A stretch of 64,000 bases of DNA from Octopus sinensis (taxonomy: Eukaryota), in the NCBI RefSeq assembly GCF_006345805.1, contig NC_043018.1, positions 8,618,001 to 8,682,000 of the forward strand, given 5' to 3'. Numbering within the stretch: position 1 is the first letter of the stretch; every line of letters starts with the position of its first letter. The notes beneath the pieces were generated by a model. That model did not search any database. It was not told the DNA's origin and was given only the letters and a program-made list of their open reading frames with translations. The translations under genes and the position numbers were made by a program. Below are positions 63,029 to 64,000 of the stretch, piece by piece.

Positions 63029-64000
63029 CTTAGGTGCATTATAGTTTATCGGTAAAGAGTAAAAAAGGGAACAGAAAGACAGGAATGAAAGCCGAAAGTA
63101 AATGTGTCATTCATGGGATAAAACACAAAGAGAGAGAAATGAACAGTGAAAGGACCACAAAAGGGAAAGGATACATAATTTCTGGGAAGCATGGAATTCT
63201 TGAAAGATGCTGTGTCCCGACAGGATTAACAGCTGATGCAGGGGAAGGGTTAATAAAATAACGATGTTGGTATAATTAAACGAGACTCCACTGTCTTCAT
63301 ATAGTTTTGATATCAGAGATTATTGTGTGTGTGTGTGTGTGTGTGTGTTAATCCAATCGAGCTGGTGGTGGTGGAAAGTAGAGTAGATGCAATACTGGGT
63401 CAGTAAATATGTTGTGTTGTTCACTTCCGCCCTCTCTCTCTCTGTTTGTTGTTGTGAAGACGGGGTGGGGAGAGGCTAACACCCTCCCTCCTCCTACCAT
63501 CTCTGAAGACTTCTTTCACTGTCTTATTGTGGAAGTTATATTTATCGAACACATTACAAATGATGGAGAATACGTGTGTTTGTGCGCGTGTGTACGTGAA
63601 TGGAGGAGATTAGGATGTGTGTGAATGCGAAAGCGGTGAGAAGAAAATGCATGCGCATCTATATGTGTAGATGTATATAGACGTATTATATGTATAAACA
63701 CGTGTTTACATTTTCGAGAAAGAGATTAGGAGTGAAAGGGAGAGAGAAAGAGAGAGAGAGAAGGAGAGAGAGGGAGATTCAGTGAAAGATCATTTGTGGG
63801 TGAGTGTCTGAAAGTAGTTGGTGATGGTGGTGATGGTGATGGCAGCATGCATTTGGTGTGTGAGATTGAGAGAAAGAGATATCATCAGAGAGAGAGAGAG
63901 AGAGAGAGGGTGGTGGTGGTGGTGGTGGCAGGTGGGTAGGATGGAGTTGAACCAGCATCGAGCTATGATTAGATCACCAAAAAGAAGCAATGTGTTTTGT

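Overview
AT-rich, repeat-dense animal genomic DNA. The SINE families and microsatellite load match what I recall of Octopus; that assignment is an inference. One gene is firmly identified: RPF2 (Brix-domain ribosome biogenesis factor) on the minus strand. Nine coding exons were reconstructed by hand (16456 down to 1310, 738 nt, 246 codons, all GT-AG and phase-consistent), and the last exon should lie left of the window. Its promoter has an E-box and an ETS site. From about 17 to 64 kb there is no firmly identifiable protein-coding gene, only splice/start-codon signatures: a plus-strand two-exon start at 22615, a minus-strand start at 37121 and an 11-nt microexon candidate at 63018. The rest is a nested mosaic of mobile elements: at least four SINE-like families, Tx1/L1-like and RTE-like LINE fragments, three decayed Tc1/mariner elements, Helitron-type remnants, and piggyBac-, hAT- and Mutator-type MITEs with readable TSDs. 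There is also a 46-copy 20-bp minisatellite and long microsatellites. The most interesting signals are hammerhead-ribozyme-like motifs (two tandem, co-oriented ones at 50.45 and 50.74 kb), a 470-bp near-perfect fold-back with a hammerhead-like half-core in each arm, and a SINE that shares its 3' tail with a Tx1-like LINE and repeatedly sits inside copies of itself. SINE boundaries are approximate.
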